From Clostridia bacterium (GTDB lineage Bacteria > Bacillota > Clostridia > Oscillospirales > CAG-272): 64,000 bases of DNA. The stretch lies in NCBI GenBank assembly GCA_017461365.1, contig JAFTYG010000008.1, forward strand, positions 81,908 to 145,907, written 5' to 3'. The notes under the pieces were generated by a model. That model ran no database searches. It was not told the DNA's origin and was given only the letters and a program-made list of their open reading frames with translations. The translations under genes and the position numbers were made by a program. This document shows positions 36,469 through 46,099 of the stretch, piece by piece (position 1 is the first letter of the stretch; each line of letters starts with the position of its first letter).

Positions 36469-36990
36469 TCAGAACTCCGCTTGGAACTTTTTGAGCTCTA
36501 CTGAAAGCGCGTAATCTGCTTCCTGTACGTTCTCAAGGTAGAAGTCATAGGTCTTATTGCTTACGTTCATTACAGCGGTGTAGTAGGTATTGTAAGCAAG
36601 TGTGGTATCGTACGCTTCAGACCAGAATTCTCCTCCGCTGTTAAGCTCCCGGTAAAGCTCGGTGATGCGTTTGTCGTTTTCGTATATGGAATTTACGATC
36701 TCGGAGTTTTCGGTGAATGCCGCCTCTATTGCTTTGTCTATGTTATTGTTGTACGCATCGTCGTAGATACACGAATACCAATTATTAAGCACGTCTCCCG
36801 CAAGGGTATCGAGATGTCCCTTTGACTCGTTGACAAGCTCGTAAAATTCCTCTGCCGCGATACGGTGGCTGTCCGAGTCGTCGAGACCTCCGCTGAGAAG
36901 TCCTATCATCAGAAGCCCGCAGGACGAAGTTGATATGACTATTGTGATTATAAGTATCAGTGCGATGGCTAATTTAAGAAATTTTTTCAT
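36469..36990 (-). CDS. Small hypothetical lipoprotein (173 aa)
   Basis: The start is taken at MKKFLKLAIALILIITIVISTSSC-G (lipobox). The ORF-track N-terminal extension to 37356 overlaps the divergent gene and is rejected. Confidence 0.6.
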   Translation of the reverse strand: MKKFLKLAIALILIITIVISTSSCGLLMIGLLSGGLDDSDSHRIAAEEFYELVNESKGHLDTLAGDVLNNWYSCIYDDAYNNNIDKAIEAAFTENSEIVNSIYENDKRITELYRELNSGGEFWSEAYDTTLAYNTYYTAVMNVSNKTYDFYLENVQEADYALSVELKKFQAEF

Positions 36991-37153
36991 AATGATACAC
37001 CTCTTTCGTTGTGTTTTCGGCAGCTTTTGCCACCGTCCGATCTTATTATAACTCAAAATGCAGAATATGTCAAGAGTTTTTCTGTGTGTCGGAGTCTTTA
37101 CAAATCGGCTTTCTTGTGATATAATGTAAAAAAAGAAAAAAGGAGAATTTATT

Positions 37154-37696
37154 ATGTCGGAATTTTTGGAGATACTTCCGCCGATTGCGGTCTGCTTTCT
37201 TGTATGTATCGCAAAGATAGTTGAAATAACGATACAGTCCTTAAAGACCTGTATGATGGTAAAGGGACAACGCCTCAAGGCGGCGGGGCTCGGCTTTCTT
37301 GAATGCTCTATATGGGGACTTGTTATATCGACCATAATCGGAACATTGGGAGACAATATTTTGCTTTTGCTTTTCTACTGCGTGGGTTATGCTACGGGAC
37401 TTTTCCTCGGCTCGACCATTGAAAGCAAGATAGCCCTTGGTACGTCGAACCTTCAGCTTATCGCAAACGACGAAAGCACAGAGAAGATAGTCGGATACTT
37501 AAAGGAACGTGAGCGTGGGTACACTGTTTTTGACGGATACGGCTCTACTGATAAGATGAATATGATATTTATCGTTCTTCCGAGACGCGATGCGACGAAG
37601 GTGTTAAAGGAGATTCGCACGCTTTGCGACAACAAGGTGTTCGTTGTGGCGTCGGACGTCAGCAAATATGCGGGCGGATACGGAACGGTGAAATAA
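37154..37696 (+). CDS. UPF0316/DUF2179-family membrane protein
   Basis: AAAGGAGAA RBS. Three N-terminal TM segments are followed by the DUF2179-like domain (GYTVFDGYGSTDKMNMIFIVLPRRDATKVLKEIRTL). Confidence 0.75.
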   Translation: MSEFLEILPPIAVCFLVCIAKIVEITIQSLKTCMMVKGQRLKAAGLGFLECSIWGLVISTIIGTLGDNILLLLFYCVGYATGLFLGSTIESKIALGTSNLQLIANDESTEKIVGYLKERERGYTVFDGYGSTDKMNMIFIVLPRRDATKVLKEIRTLCDNKVFVVASDVSKYAGGYGTVK

Positions 37697-37733
37697 TCTG
37701 TTTATGAAAATCCAATTTAAAAGGCTTTCACGC

Positions 37734-37773
37734 AAAAGGGGCTATCTCACGTGTTAATGAGATTGCCCCTTTA
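37734..37773. terminator. Bidirectional terminator between UPF0316 (+) and dapB (-)
   Basis: ggggctatctca / tgagattgcccc (one mismatch), flanked by AAAA and TTT. Confidence 0.7.
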
Positions 37774-37781
37774 AGTAAAAT

Positions 37782-38546
37782 TTATCTTCCGTTTATAAGG
37801 TCGGACATATCGTAAAGTCCTGCGCTCTTATTTGCGAGGTATTTAGCCGCGCGGAGCGCTCCGTTTGCGAATATCTCTCTTGACGCCGCCTGATGTGTGA
37901 TCGAGACGGTCTCGTTGGTTCCTGCGAATATTACCTCGTGTTCACCGACGATCGTGCCGCCGCGGACGGAATGTATGCCGATCTCAGCCTTGTCGCGCGC
38001 CTTACGCACCGAATGACGGTCATAAACGTATTCTGTCTCTGCTCGCTCACCCTTTATGGCGTCTGCTATCATTATAGCGGTTCCGCTCGGAGCGTCGAGC
38101 TTCTGATTGTGGTGCTTTTCTATTATCTCAACGTCAAAGCTCTCACCAAGAGTCGCCGCCGCGTTCTTGCAAAGCTCGATAAGCAGATTTATGCCGATAG
38201 ACATATTTCCCGATGAAAATACGGCTACCTTACTTGAAGCGTCTGTCATGATCGCCTTTTCTTCATCGGTGTGTCCCGTTGTTGCCACGACGATAGGTGT
38301 GCCCGTTTCTACGGAATATTTTGCAAGTGTGGGGAGGGCGGTATGGTGGGAAAAATCTACGATGACGTCTGCCTTTTCGGGAACGTCGAATATTGTCTGA
38401 TATACGGGGAACTTACAAGCGGGGGCTACCGCGTCTGCGTTGACGTCGATACCCGCAAGTATGCGGCATTCGGTGTCTGTTTCAGCGGCGCGTACGATCG
38501 CCTGTCCCATCTTTCCTCCGCATCCCGAAAGAATTATATTGACCAT
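37782..38546 (-). CDS. dapB: 4-hydroxy-tetrahydrodipicolinate reductase
   Basis: The N-terminal Rossmann motif SGCGGKMG and the motif EIIEKHHNQKLDAPSGTA are present. Confidence 0.95.
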   Translation of the reverse strand: MVNIILSGCGGKMGQAIVRAAETDTECRILAGIDVNADAVAPACKFPVYQTIFDVPEKADVIVDFSHHTALPTLAKYSVETGTPIVVATTGHTDEEKAIMTDASSKVAVFSSGNMSIGINLLIELCKNAAATLGESFDVEIIEKHHNQKLDAPSGTAIMIADAIKGERAETEYVYDRHSVRKARDKAEIGIHSVRGGTIVGEHEVIFAGTNETVSITHQAASREIFANGALRAAKYLANKSAGLYDMSDLINGR

Positions 38547-38581
38547 TTTACGTATTCCTTTCTTTTAGCGTGAGCGAAGGA

Positions 38582-39475
38582 TCAGATAAGGTTGTGAGCC
38601 TTCATTACAGCGATGAGCTTTTCCTTGTTGCCGTCGTCCATTTCGCAGAGAGGAAGTCTCATCTCGTCAGAGCACCATCCGAGCAGAGCTGCGGCGGTCT
38701 TTACGGGAACGGGATTTACCTCGCAGAAGAGGGTATTTATGAGCTTTAAGTACTTGAGCTGGAGAGCCGCGGCATTCTTGAAGTTTCCGTCGAGGCAGAG
38801 CTGTGTCATATCGTGAGTCTCACGGGGAAGAATGTTGGAGAGCACCGAAATAACGCCCTTACCGCCGAGCGACATAATGGGAACTATCTGGTCGTCGTTG
38901 CCGGAGTAAATATCGAAGCTGTCTCCGCACTCTGCGATAAGCTCTGCAATCGAGCTGATGTTGCCGGACGCTTCCTTTACAGCCACGATGCGCTCATGCT
39001 TTGCGAGCTCCTTATATACGGGCAGAGAAATGTTACAGCCCGTACGCGAGGGAACGTTGTAGAGGATTATCGGCTTATTTGTCTTATCGGCGGTCTCAAG
39101 GAAGTTCTTTATAAGTCCCTTGGGTGTTGCCTTGTTATAGTAGGGGGTGACGAGAAGAAGCGCGTCTGCTCCGACCTCACAGGCATACTGAGAGAGCTCG
39201 ATGCCGTATGCGGTATCGTTTGAGCCTGTGCCCGCGATAACGGGGACTCTGCCCTCGACCTTCTCAACTACGTACTTGATGCACTCGCAGTGCTCCTCAT
39301 GTGTAAGAGTTGCCGCCTCGCCCGTTGTGCCTGCAACTACGATGGCGTCGATGCCTCCCGAGATCTGATCCTCGATGATCTTGCCGAAGCTGTTATAATC
39401 GATAGCTCCGTCCTTGAAGGGTGTGATGATGGCGGTTGCCGCGCCTGTAAAAATGCTCTTTTTTAGCTTGCTCAT
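38582..39475 (-). CDS. dapA: 4-hydroxy-tetrahydrodipicolinate synthase
   Basis: The start is taken at MSKLKKSIFTGAATAIITPF. The motifs GTTGEAATLTHEEH and the active-site region AVKEASG are present. The ORF-track extension to 39703 runs through the riboswitch and is rejected. Confidence 0.95.
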   Translation of the reverse strand: MSKLKKSIFTGAATAIITPFKDGAIDYNSFGKIIEDQISGGIDAIVVAGTTGEAATLTHEEHCECIKYVVEKVEGRVPVIAGTGSNDTAYGIELSQYACEVGADALLLVTPYYNKATPKGLIKNFLETADKTNKPIILYNVPSRTGCNISLPVYKELAKHERIVAVKEASGNISSIAELIAECGDSFDIYSGNDDQIVPIMSLGGKGVISVLSNILPRETHDMTQLCLDGNFKNAAALQLKYLKLINTLFCEVNPVPVKTAAALLGWCSDEMRLPLCEMDDGNKEKLIAVMKAHNLI

Positions 39476-39523
39476 GGTAAAATTCCTTTCTTGAACTTGA
39501 AAATTTGAAGAAATCCATATAAA

Positions 39524-39776
39524 AAATAAAAAAACCGGTTGAAAACCAGCTGTAATTGTACTATAATATAAGCATAGCCCCTCGGGTGTATGCAAATCCT
39601 GCGCAATAACAGATAGCTCTCCATCAAATAATGATGACAGTCTGCAAGCTATTCGCCAGTCAGACCGGTACACACGCCTACCGAAAACGTATGCCCTCGG
39701 CACTACGCCCTCACGTCACATCTCAAGCGGCTCGGAAACCTTGATGTGGCGCAGTGACACAGCGCACCTCTACCAT
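39524..39776 (-). promoter_or_regulatory. Lysine riboswitch (L-box) with terminator-type expression platform
   Basis: The minus strand reads GGTAGAGGTGCGC...GTGCCGAGG...CTGTCATC...GATGGAGAGCTA, matching L-box landmarks. It is followed by ctggttttcaaccggTTTTTTT, and it sits upstream of dapA-dapB. Confidence 0.7.
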
Positions 39777-39798
39777 AATTATATGTATCTTTGACATA

Positions 39799-39827
39799 AT
39801 CATAGCATATAAAGACGATTATGTCAA
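39799..39827 (-). promoter_or_regulatory. Promoter upstream of the L-box
   Basis: On the minus strand: TTGACA, 17 nt, TATGAT, about 20 nt upstream of the riboswitch 5' end. Confidence 0.55.
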
Positions 39828-39890
39828 TAACTTTTTGAAAATTTTTATTATATTTTTTGTTTTGCGTGATCGCAACGGAAGGAAAAAAGC

Positions 39891-40961
39891 ATGACTATTA
39901 TAAACGACAAGAAGCACACCGATCTCAAGACGTCGGATTTTTACTACGATCTGCCCGAGGAGCTTATAGCTCAGCATCCTGCGGAGAAGCGCGACCATTC
40001 GCGTCTGATGGTGCTCCACAGAGACAGCGGAGAGGTCGAGCACAAGCATTTTTACGATATTATAGATTATCTCCGTCCCGACGACGTGCTCGTTATAAAC
40101 GACTCGAAGGTCATTCCCGCGAGAATATACGGACACGCTGAGGGCAGAGAGGAGGCTGCTCTTGAGCTGCTTTTATTGAGACAACGCGATCTTGACACGT
40201 GGGAGTGTCTTGTAAAGCCCGGAAAGAGGGCGAGGATAGGCTCGCGCTCTGTCTTTGGCGGCATACTTTTCGGAGAGGTCGTTGACATTGTTGAAGAGGG
40301 CAACAGAATAATAAAATTTACATACGACAAGGAAAAGTACGCCAACATCTACGATATACTGTCGGTAGTAGGTATGATGCCTCTGCCGCCCTATATTACC
40401 GAGCAGCTCGGTGATAATTCGCGATACCAGACGGTCTACGCAAGGGAAGAGGGCTCGGCGGCAGCACCCACTGCGGGTTTGCATTTTACGCCCGAGCTGT
40501 TGCAGAAAATAAGAGATAAGGGTGTGGCTATCGCTCCCGTAATGCTTCACGTCGGACTTGGCACGTTCCGTCCCGTAAAGGCTGAGCGGATCGACGAGCA
40601 CATCATGCACACCGAATATTTCAGCGTATCTAAGGAAAGCGCGGATATTATCAACGAGAGAAAGGCGCGCGGCGGACGGCTCATTTGTGTGGGTACGACC
40701 TCATGCCGTACAATTGAGAGCGTTGCGGATGAGGACGGGCATATTCCCGAGATGTGCGGAGATACGGGGATATTTATTTACCCCGGTTATAAATTCAAGG
40801 CGGTGGACGCTTTGATAACGAATTTCCACCTGCCCGAGAGCACTCTGCTTATGCTTGTGTCGGCGTTGTATGACAAGGAGAAGATAATGGAGGCTTACGG
40901 CACCGCCGTAAAGGAAAAATATAGATTTTTCTCCTTTGGGGATGCGATGCTGATTGTATAA
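39891..40961 (+). CDS. queA: S-adenosylmethionine:tRNA ribosyltransferase-isomerase
   Basis: The N-terminus [31 protein letters not shown] and the motifs [10 protein letters not shown] and [10 protein letters not shown] are present. Confidence 0.95.
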   Translation: MTIINDKKHTDLKTSDFYYDLPEELIAQHPAEKRDHSRLMVLHRDSGEVEHKHFYDIIDYLRPDDVLVINDSKVIPARIYGHAEGREEAALELLLLRQRDLDTWECLVKPGKRARIGSRSVFGGILFGEVVDIVEEGNRIIKFTYDKEKYANIYDILSVVGMMPLPPYITEQLGDNSRYQTVYAREEGSAAAPTAGLHFTPELLQKIRDKGVAIAPVMLHVGLGTFRPVKAERIDEHIMHTEYFSVSKESADIINERKARGGRLICVGTTSCRTIESVADEDGHIPEMCGDTGIFIYPGYKFKAVDALITNFHLPESTLLMLVSALYDKEKIMEAYGTAVKEKYRFFSFGDAMLIV

Positions 40962-41135
40962 AATCCGCAATACTGCGTTGTCGGGCGACGCGGTCGGCTC
41001 GAAGTAGGTAACTACACCTTCGCCTTCCTTGCGCCCTTACGCCTTGCCTTGCGAATTTTCTACTAACCAGCATACTCGTCTTATATCCCGTACACATCGT
41101 GGATGCGATGTTTATAAAATAATTTTATCTGTCTA

Positions 41136-41164
41136 TTGACAAATCAAAATAAATTTTATATAAT
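41136..41164 (+). promoter_or_regulatory. Perfect consensus sigma-A promoter
   Basis: TTGACA, 17 nt, TATAAT, 70 nt upstream of the hypothetical ORF. Confidence 0.6.
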
Positions 41165-41235
41165 GAATATGTGAATAGGGGACGGCACCCATAACAAAAA
41201 ACTGTATTCACGTTATTGCTGATCTTTATAAGGGG

Positions 41236-41853
41236 GTGACACCCATCGAAAAAAACGTTATTGTAGTAGATGAGCAGGGAAACGAATATGAAGCGACCTA
41301 CCCAAAGAGGGCTCGCGGTCTTGTGAAAAACGGCAGGGCACGCTTCGTAGATGAGAATAAGATATGCCTTGCGTGTCCGCCGAATGAAAATTTGGAGGAT
41401 AAAAAAATGGAAGAAAATATAACCAATCCCACAGGTTTAACGGAAAAAGAGGTTTTTGATCAGATAGTTTTGTTGCAAAAGCAGTTGACCGAAAATTCCC
41501 CTACCTCGTTGCATCGTTTGAGTGAGGCTCTTTATGATGCTCGCGGAGAAGGAGAGGGCTCGTGCTTGACCGATGATCAGGTTTCGGAAATATGCAAGGT
41601 GTTTGCGCAACGCGAGGAAACGCTGAATCAAATGTTGAATCTTTATCGCAGTATGTATATCGATCTAAAAAAACAGAAGCAGGAAGAAAAGAAGGCGGAG
41701 CCGGAAAGTGAAGATACGTTAAAGCGTCGTAAGGAATTTCTGGCATTTGTCCGTGACACCTCCATAGCTATTGCAGGTGCATCAAGCCCGGGCGCACCGG
41801 GTTTTCTTCCCGATTTTGAAAAAATATGGAAAACTGTTTTTCTTGGTCAGTGA
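41236..41853 (+). CDS. Hypothetical soluble protein; start uncertain (GTG 41236 or ATG 41407)
   Basis: The frame is open from 41236, but that GTG abuts its only RBS-like sequence. ATG 41407 has GGAGGA 7 nt upstream. No TM segment, no recognised domain, and a Lys/Glu-rich central segment. Confidence 0.45.
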   Translation: MTPIEKNVIVVDEQGNEYEATYPKRARGLVKNGRARFVDENKICLACPPNENLEDKKMEENITNPTGLTEKEVFDQIVLLQKQLTENSPTSLHRLSEALYDARGEGEGSCLTDDQVSEICKVFAQREETLNQMLNLYRSMYIDLKKQKQEEKKAEPESEDTLKRRKEFLAFVRDTSIAIAGASSPGAPGFLPDFEKIWKTVFLGQ

Positions 41854-41981
41854 TACATAATTGTTAAAAATCAAGGATGATTTTTCCCCCGAGAATAAAT
41901 TTCTCGGGGATTTTTATAACATATTTTATACATAATATGCGCACAAACAATACATATGTGTTTGAAATTTTGCATAATGTG

Positions 41982-42010
41982 TTGACAAATCGGAGATAAT
42001 ATGCTATACT
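41982..42010 (+). promoter_or_regulatory. Promoter of the dinJ-yafQ pair
   Basis: TTGACA, 17 nt, TATACT, 22 nt upstream of the antitoxin ATG. Confidence 0.6.
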
Positions 42011-42032
42011 GTTATCGAAAGGAGTTGATATT

Positions 42033-42305
42033 ATGGCTAAAGTATCTGCTAATATCAGTATCGATGCTGAAACAAAAGCAAAGGCTCAGATCATGTTGGC
42101 TGATCTGGGAATGGATCTTTCTACCGCGGTGAATATTTTTTTGAAACAGATGTTATACGAGGGTGGAATTCCCTTTGCTATTACCAGAGATATTCCTAAC
42201 AAGCTTACGCTGGCGGCAATAGAATCGGCGGAAAAAAGGGAAAACACATATGGTCCATTTGACAGTGTAGATTCAATGATGGAGGCGTTGAATGCTGAAG
42301 ATTGA
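42033..42305 (+). CDS. dinJ: Type II antitoxin, RelB/DinJ family
   Basis: SANISIDAETKAKAQIMLADLGMDLSTAVNIFLKQMLYEGGIPF is a typical DinJ ribbon-helix-helix N-terminus. It overlaps the toxin gene by 14 nt. Confidence 0.85.
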   Translation: MAKVSANISIDAETKAKAQIMLADLGMDLSTAVNIFLKQMLYEGGIPFAITRDIPNKLTLAAIESAEKRENTYGPFDSVDSMMEALNAED

Positions 42306-42570
42306 ATTCACCTGTCAATTCAAAAAAGACTATAAGCTTGCCGTTAAGCGCGGATGCTCTCCCGAAGAACTGATGAAGGTGGTGTCGATTCTGGCGGATG
42401 AACAACCGCTTCCTGAGAAATACAGGGATCATGCCCTTGAAAATTCCCGTAATTATAGAAATGTTCGCGAATGTCATATCAAACCGGATTGGCTTTTGAT
42501 ATACAAAATCTACGATGATCGGCTGATACTTGAGCTTATCAGAACGGGAACACACAGTGATTTGTTTTGA
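42292..42570 (+). CDS. yafQ: Type II toxin, YafQ/RelE-family mRNA interferase
   Basis: FKKDYKLAVKRG...PLPEKYRDHALENSRNYRNVRECHIKPDWLLIYKIYDDRLILELIRTGTHSDLF matches the YafQ C-terminal pattern. Length is 92 aa. Confidence 0.85.
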   Translation: MLKIEFTCQFKKDYKLAVKRGCSPEELMKVVSILADEQPLPEKYRDHALENSRNYRNVRECHIKPDWLLIYKIYDDRLILELIRTGTHSDLF

Positions 42571-42573
42571 TGT

Positions 42574-42612
42574 TTACCGATTGGCTTGTGAAAGTTTGCC
42601 AATCGGTAAAAT
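42574..42612 (+). terminator. Hairpin after yafQ
   Basis: A 12-bp stem ttaccgattggc/gccaatcggtaa. The T-tract is poor. A second hairpin, gactgtc/gacagtc, follows at ~42620. Confidence 0.45.
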
Positions 42613-42676
42613 CTTATAGACTGTCTCAAACGGGACAGTCCCTATTCACAATACGGATATTAAAAAGGACATATAA

Positions 42677-43618
42677 ATGACAAAAATTTTAGCTATCGTA
42701 GGGCCGACGGCGAGCGGAAAGAGCGCGCTTGCTCTGGCGCTTGCGAAAAAACTTGACGGCGAGATAATCTCTTGTGACTCGATGCAGGTCTATCGCCGTA
42801 TGGACGTCGGAACGGCAAAGCCCACAAAGGAAGAACAGGCAGAGGTGAGGCATCATCTCATAGACGTTGCCGAGCCCGATGAGAGCTTCTCTGCGGCGGA
42901 CTACGTTGCTCTTGCCTCGGCGGCTGTCGAGGATTGCGCAAGCCGTGGAAAGCTGCCGATAGTCTGCGGAGGCACGGGGCTTTATCTTGACGCGCTTCTT
43001 CGCGGAAGTGACCTCGCTCCGAACACGACGGATGCTTCTGTGCGATCGGAGCTTATGGCGTATGCCGAGAGGGAGGGCGCAGAGGCTCTTTGGCGGGAGC
43101 TTGAAAGGATAGATCCCGACAGCGCGGCGGCGACGCATCAGAACAACGTAAAGCGTGTTGCGAGAGCCATTGAGATATATCGCGTCAGCGGAGTGACAAA
43201 GACAGAGCTTGACAGAAGATCGAGAGAGTGCGGCGACAGGTACGACGCCTGTGTTATCGGTCTGCGGTATGCCGACAGAGATGCTCTCTACGACAGAATA
43301 AACCGACGGGTGGATATGATGCTTTCCGAGGGACTTGTCGAGGAGACGCGCGGGCTTCTTGCCGCAGGCGTATTTGAAAAGAACGCTACGGCGGCTCAGG
43401 CGATAGGGTACAAGGAGATATTGCCCTATCTTCGCGGCGACGTGGCTCTTGATGTCGCCTCCGAGGATCTCAAGACGGCGACACGAAGATATGCCAAAAG
43501 GCAGATGACGTGGTTTTCGGCAAAGAGCTACGTCCATTGGCTTGACGTAGACTATATGAGTAAAAAAACATTTGAAGAGATTGTAAATAATGCGGAGAAG
43601 CTATTTAAAAAAATTTAA
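42677..43618 (+). CDS. miaA: tRNA dimethylallyltransferase
   Basis: P-loop GPTASGKS and the motifs DSMQVYRRMDVGTAKP and HHLIDV are present. Confidence 0.95.
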   Translation: MTKILAIVGPTASGKSALALALAKKLDGEIISCDSMQVYRRMDVGTAKPTKEEQAEVRHHLIDVAEPDESFSAADYVALASAAVEDCASRGKLPIVCGGTGLYLDALLRGSDLAPNTTDASVRSELMAYAEREGAEALWRELERIDPDSAAATHQNNVKRVARAIEIYRVSGVTKTELDRRSRECGDRYDACVIGLRYADRDALYDRINRRVDMMLSEGLVEETRGLLAAGVFEKNATAAQAIGYKEILPYLRGDVALDVASEDLKTATRRYAKRQMTWFSAKSYVHWLDVDYMSKKTFEEIVNNAEKLFKKI

Positions 43619-43673
43619 TTTTATGGTAAAATATAAAGGTATGTAACGTGAATATTCTAAGGAGGCGAGCGGC

Positions 43674-44903
43674 GTGAAGAGCAAGTCGGGCTTTATACAG
43701 AAAATAGCTATCGGCGTTGTATGCGTTGTTATCTTCTCGTACACGGTATATCACGTTGCGAGTATTTTCGGAGAGGATATTTCTACGTATGCCGCAGGAA
43801 TTACGACCGAAAGGACCGCTCTTTCTTACAACGGGTACCTGTTCCGCGACGAACAGCTTCTCACCTCGTCCAATACGGGAGTTGTCGACTATAAGGTAGC
43901 CGACGGCACGAAGGTCAGCGAGGGACAGCAGGTGGCTGTGGTGTATAGCGAGAGCAGGAGCAAGCAAAACAGAATATCCGATCTTGACGGACAGATACGC
44001 ATACTTGAGGAAAGCATTGAGGGGATGTCTGAAAATACGGATATTGTGGCTGTGAGAGCTCAGAACAGCGACACCTACGACGCTATAGTAAAGCTTCTTG
44101 CCGCGTCCGAGACGGGGGGGCTGTCATATCAGGCAGAAAAGCTGCTTGTCGGAATGAACAGAGCTTCGGCTATTTCGGGCTCGGGGGAGAGCGACGCTAA
44201 CGAGACGCTTGAGGCGCTTTACGCAGAGCGGGAAAGGATATTTTCCGAGAGCGGAGACGGCGAGATATGCGAGACTCCGAGCAACGGATATTTCTTCTCG
44301 GGTGCGGACGGATGTGAGGAGTATTTCACTATGTCGGCTCTTAAAGATCTTACGGTCGGGAGCTTTGCCGAGCTTGTGGCTTACGCAGAGAGCGCAGAGA
44401 CTCCCGAGGATGCGTACGGACGGCTTACCGACAGCAGTGAGTGGGGAATAGTTCTTCCCATCGGAGCGTCCGATAAGAAATATTTTACGGCGGGAAACAC
44501 CTATTCGGCGCTTTTCTCCGAAAATAACCAGACGAGTATTCCTCTTTATCTTGAAAGAGTGATAGAGGAGGGCTCTGAGGTCGTTCTTCTGGTATTCAGC
44601 TGTGACCGTCAGCCCGAGAATTTCTCGTTTAACAGATGTCAGAGCGTCAGCCTTACTCTGTCGACCGTCAGCGGTATATACGTTCCCAAGTCGGTCGTAG
44701 TTAAGGATGACGGAAATAAGGGCGTATATATTCTTCGCGGAAGTGTGGTGCATTTCAGATATATCGAGGTCATCTACGAGGGAAGCGACTACTATCTTGT
44801 TGCCGCGAATGCCGAGCATACCGAGGATAGGACCTATCTGCGCTCCAACGATATGATAATTCTTAACGGAAAAAATTTGTTTGACGGAAGGGTGCTTGAT
44901 TGA
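43674..44903 (+). CDS. HlyD/membrane-fusion-protein-like membrane-anchored protein
   Basis: GTG start after AAGGAGG. It has one N-terminal TM segment and a lipoyl-like hairpin (GVVDYKVADGTKVSEGQQVAVVY). A coiled segment and a C-terminal beta-barrel-like region (VYILRGSVVHFRYIEVIYEGSDYYLV) follow. Confidence 0.55.
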   Translation: MKSKSGFIQKIAIGVVCVVIFSYTVYHVASIFGEDISTYAAGITTERTALSYNGYLFRDEQLLTSSNTGVVDYKVADGTKVSEGQQVAVVYSESRSKQNRISDLDGQIRILEESIEGMSENTDIVAVRAQNSDTYDAIVKLLAASETGGLSYQAEKLLVGMNRASAISGSGESDANETLEALYAERERIFSESGDGEICETPSNGYFFSGADGCEEYFTMSALKDLTVGSFAELVAYAESAETPEDAYGRLTDSSEWGIVLPIGASDKKYFTAGNTYSALFSENNQTSIPLYLERVIEEGSEVVLLVFSCDRQPENFSFNRCQSVSLTLSTVSGIYVPKSVVVKDDGNKGVYILRGSVVHFRYIEVIYEGSDYYLVAANAEHTEDRTYLRSNDMIILNGKNLFDGRVLD

Positions 44904-44904
44904 T

Positions 44905-45603
44905 ATGAGCTTTGAATATCTTGACAGAAATACCGAGGCTGTACGCGAAAAAATCGCGCAGGCTGAGGAGGCGGCGGGAAGAGAGCGCGGAAGCGTTATG
45001 CTTTTAGCGGCTGTAAAGTACGCCGAGGCAGACGAGATAGACTATCTTCACAGACAGCTCGGTATCAAGGACTTGGGAGAGAACCGAGTTCAACAGCTTC
45101 TCGCTCACTATGAGGCTCTTCCCGAAAGAGAAGATATAAACTGGCATTTTATAGGAACTCTTCAGACCAACAAGGTAAAGTATATTATCGATAAGGTCTG
45201 TATGATACACTCTCTTGACTCCGAAAGGCTTGCCGCCGAGATCGATAGGCAGGCGAAAAAGCACGGCAAGGTGATGGACGTGCTTGTTGAGATAAACTCG
45301 GGCGAGGAGGAGAGCAAGAGCGGACTTGCCCCGCGTGAGGTGGAGGATTTTTGTCTGTCGCTCGGAAAATATGAGAACATCCGACTTCGCGGATTTATGA
45401 CGATGGCGCCGAAATGTGAGAAAAGTGAAGAATATTTAAAATATTTTCAACAAACTTACGCCGAAGTCCTTGACATTTGGACAAAAAAATTGCATAATAT
45501 AGATAGGCCCATAATTTCGATGGGTATGAGCGGAAGCTTTTGCGAGGCGATAGCTTGCGGCTCGGACATAGTCAGAATAGGCAGAAGCCTTTTTGTAAAA
45601 TAA
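44905..45603 (+). CDS. yggS: YggS/YlmE-family pyridoxal-phosphate homeostasis protein
   Basis: LLAAVKY (PLP lysine), HFIGTLQTNKVKYI and RGFMTMAP are present. ATG at 44905, 1 nt after the upstream stop. Confidence 0.9.
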   Translation: MSFEYLDRNTEAVREKIAQAEEAAGRERGSVMLLAAVKYAEADEIDYLHRQLGIKDLGENRVQQLLAHYEALPEREDINWHFIGTLQTNKVKYIIDKVCMIHSLDSERLAAEIDRQAKKHGKVMDVLVEINSGEEESKSGLAPREVEDFCLSLGKYENIRLRGFMTMAPKCEKSEEYLKYFQQTYAEVLDIWTKKLHNIDRPIISMGMSGSFCEAIACGSDIVRIGRSLFVK

Positions 45604-45646
45604 AAGAAAAATAAAAAAATAAAAAACATAAAAAATGGAGGACACT

Positions 45647-46057
45647 ATGGGACTTTTCAAGAAGAATACCGAAAACTACACAAACAACCCCTACGAGGAC
45701 GATTTTGACAACGGCTTTACCACTGACGAGGTGGTAGACGACGGATTTTCTTCCGACGTACAGCCCGTTCCCGCAGAGCCTGAGGTATTTGCTCCCGCGG
45801 CTCCCGCGCTCAAGATCGTTAACCCCAAGGAGTATAAGGACGCAATAGAGATCGCAAATCTTCTCATCAACGGCAACACCATTCTTCTCAACATTGAGAG
45901 CATCGCAAAGGAGCAGGCTATCCGTCTTCTTGACTACCTCAACGGCGCAGTTCACGTTGCGGGCGGCATTATGACAAAGGTCAGCAAGACGACTATCGTG
46001 ATCGCTCCCAAGAATGTTGACGTAAGCAGCATTCAGGATATGGTAAGCGGCGACTGA
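45647..46057 (+). CDS. sepF: Cell division protein SepF
   Basis: ATG 7 nt after GGAGG. The conserved C-terminal domain is present (IVNPKEYKDAIEIANLLINGNTILLNIESIAKEQAIRLLDYLNGAVHVAGG). Confidence 0.9.
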   Translation: MGLFKKNTENYTNNPYEDDFDNGFTTDEVVDDGFSSDVQPVPAEPEVFAPAAPALKIVNPKEYKDAIEIANLLINGNTILLNIESIAKEQAIRLLDYLNGAVHVAGGIMTKVSKTTIVIAPKNVDVSSIQDMVSGD

Positions 46058-46099
46058 TCGGATTTTTAAGGGCAACCGATAAATACGACAGGCTTCGAC

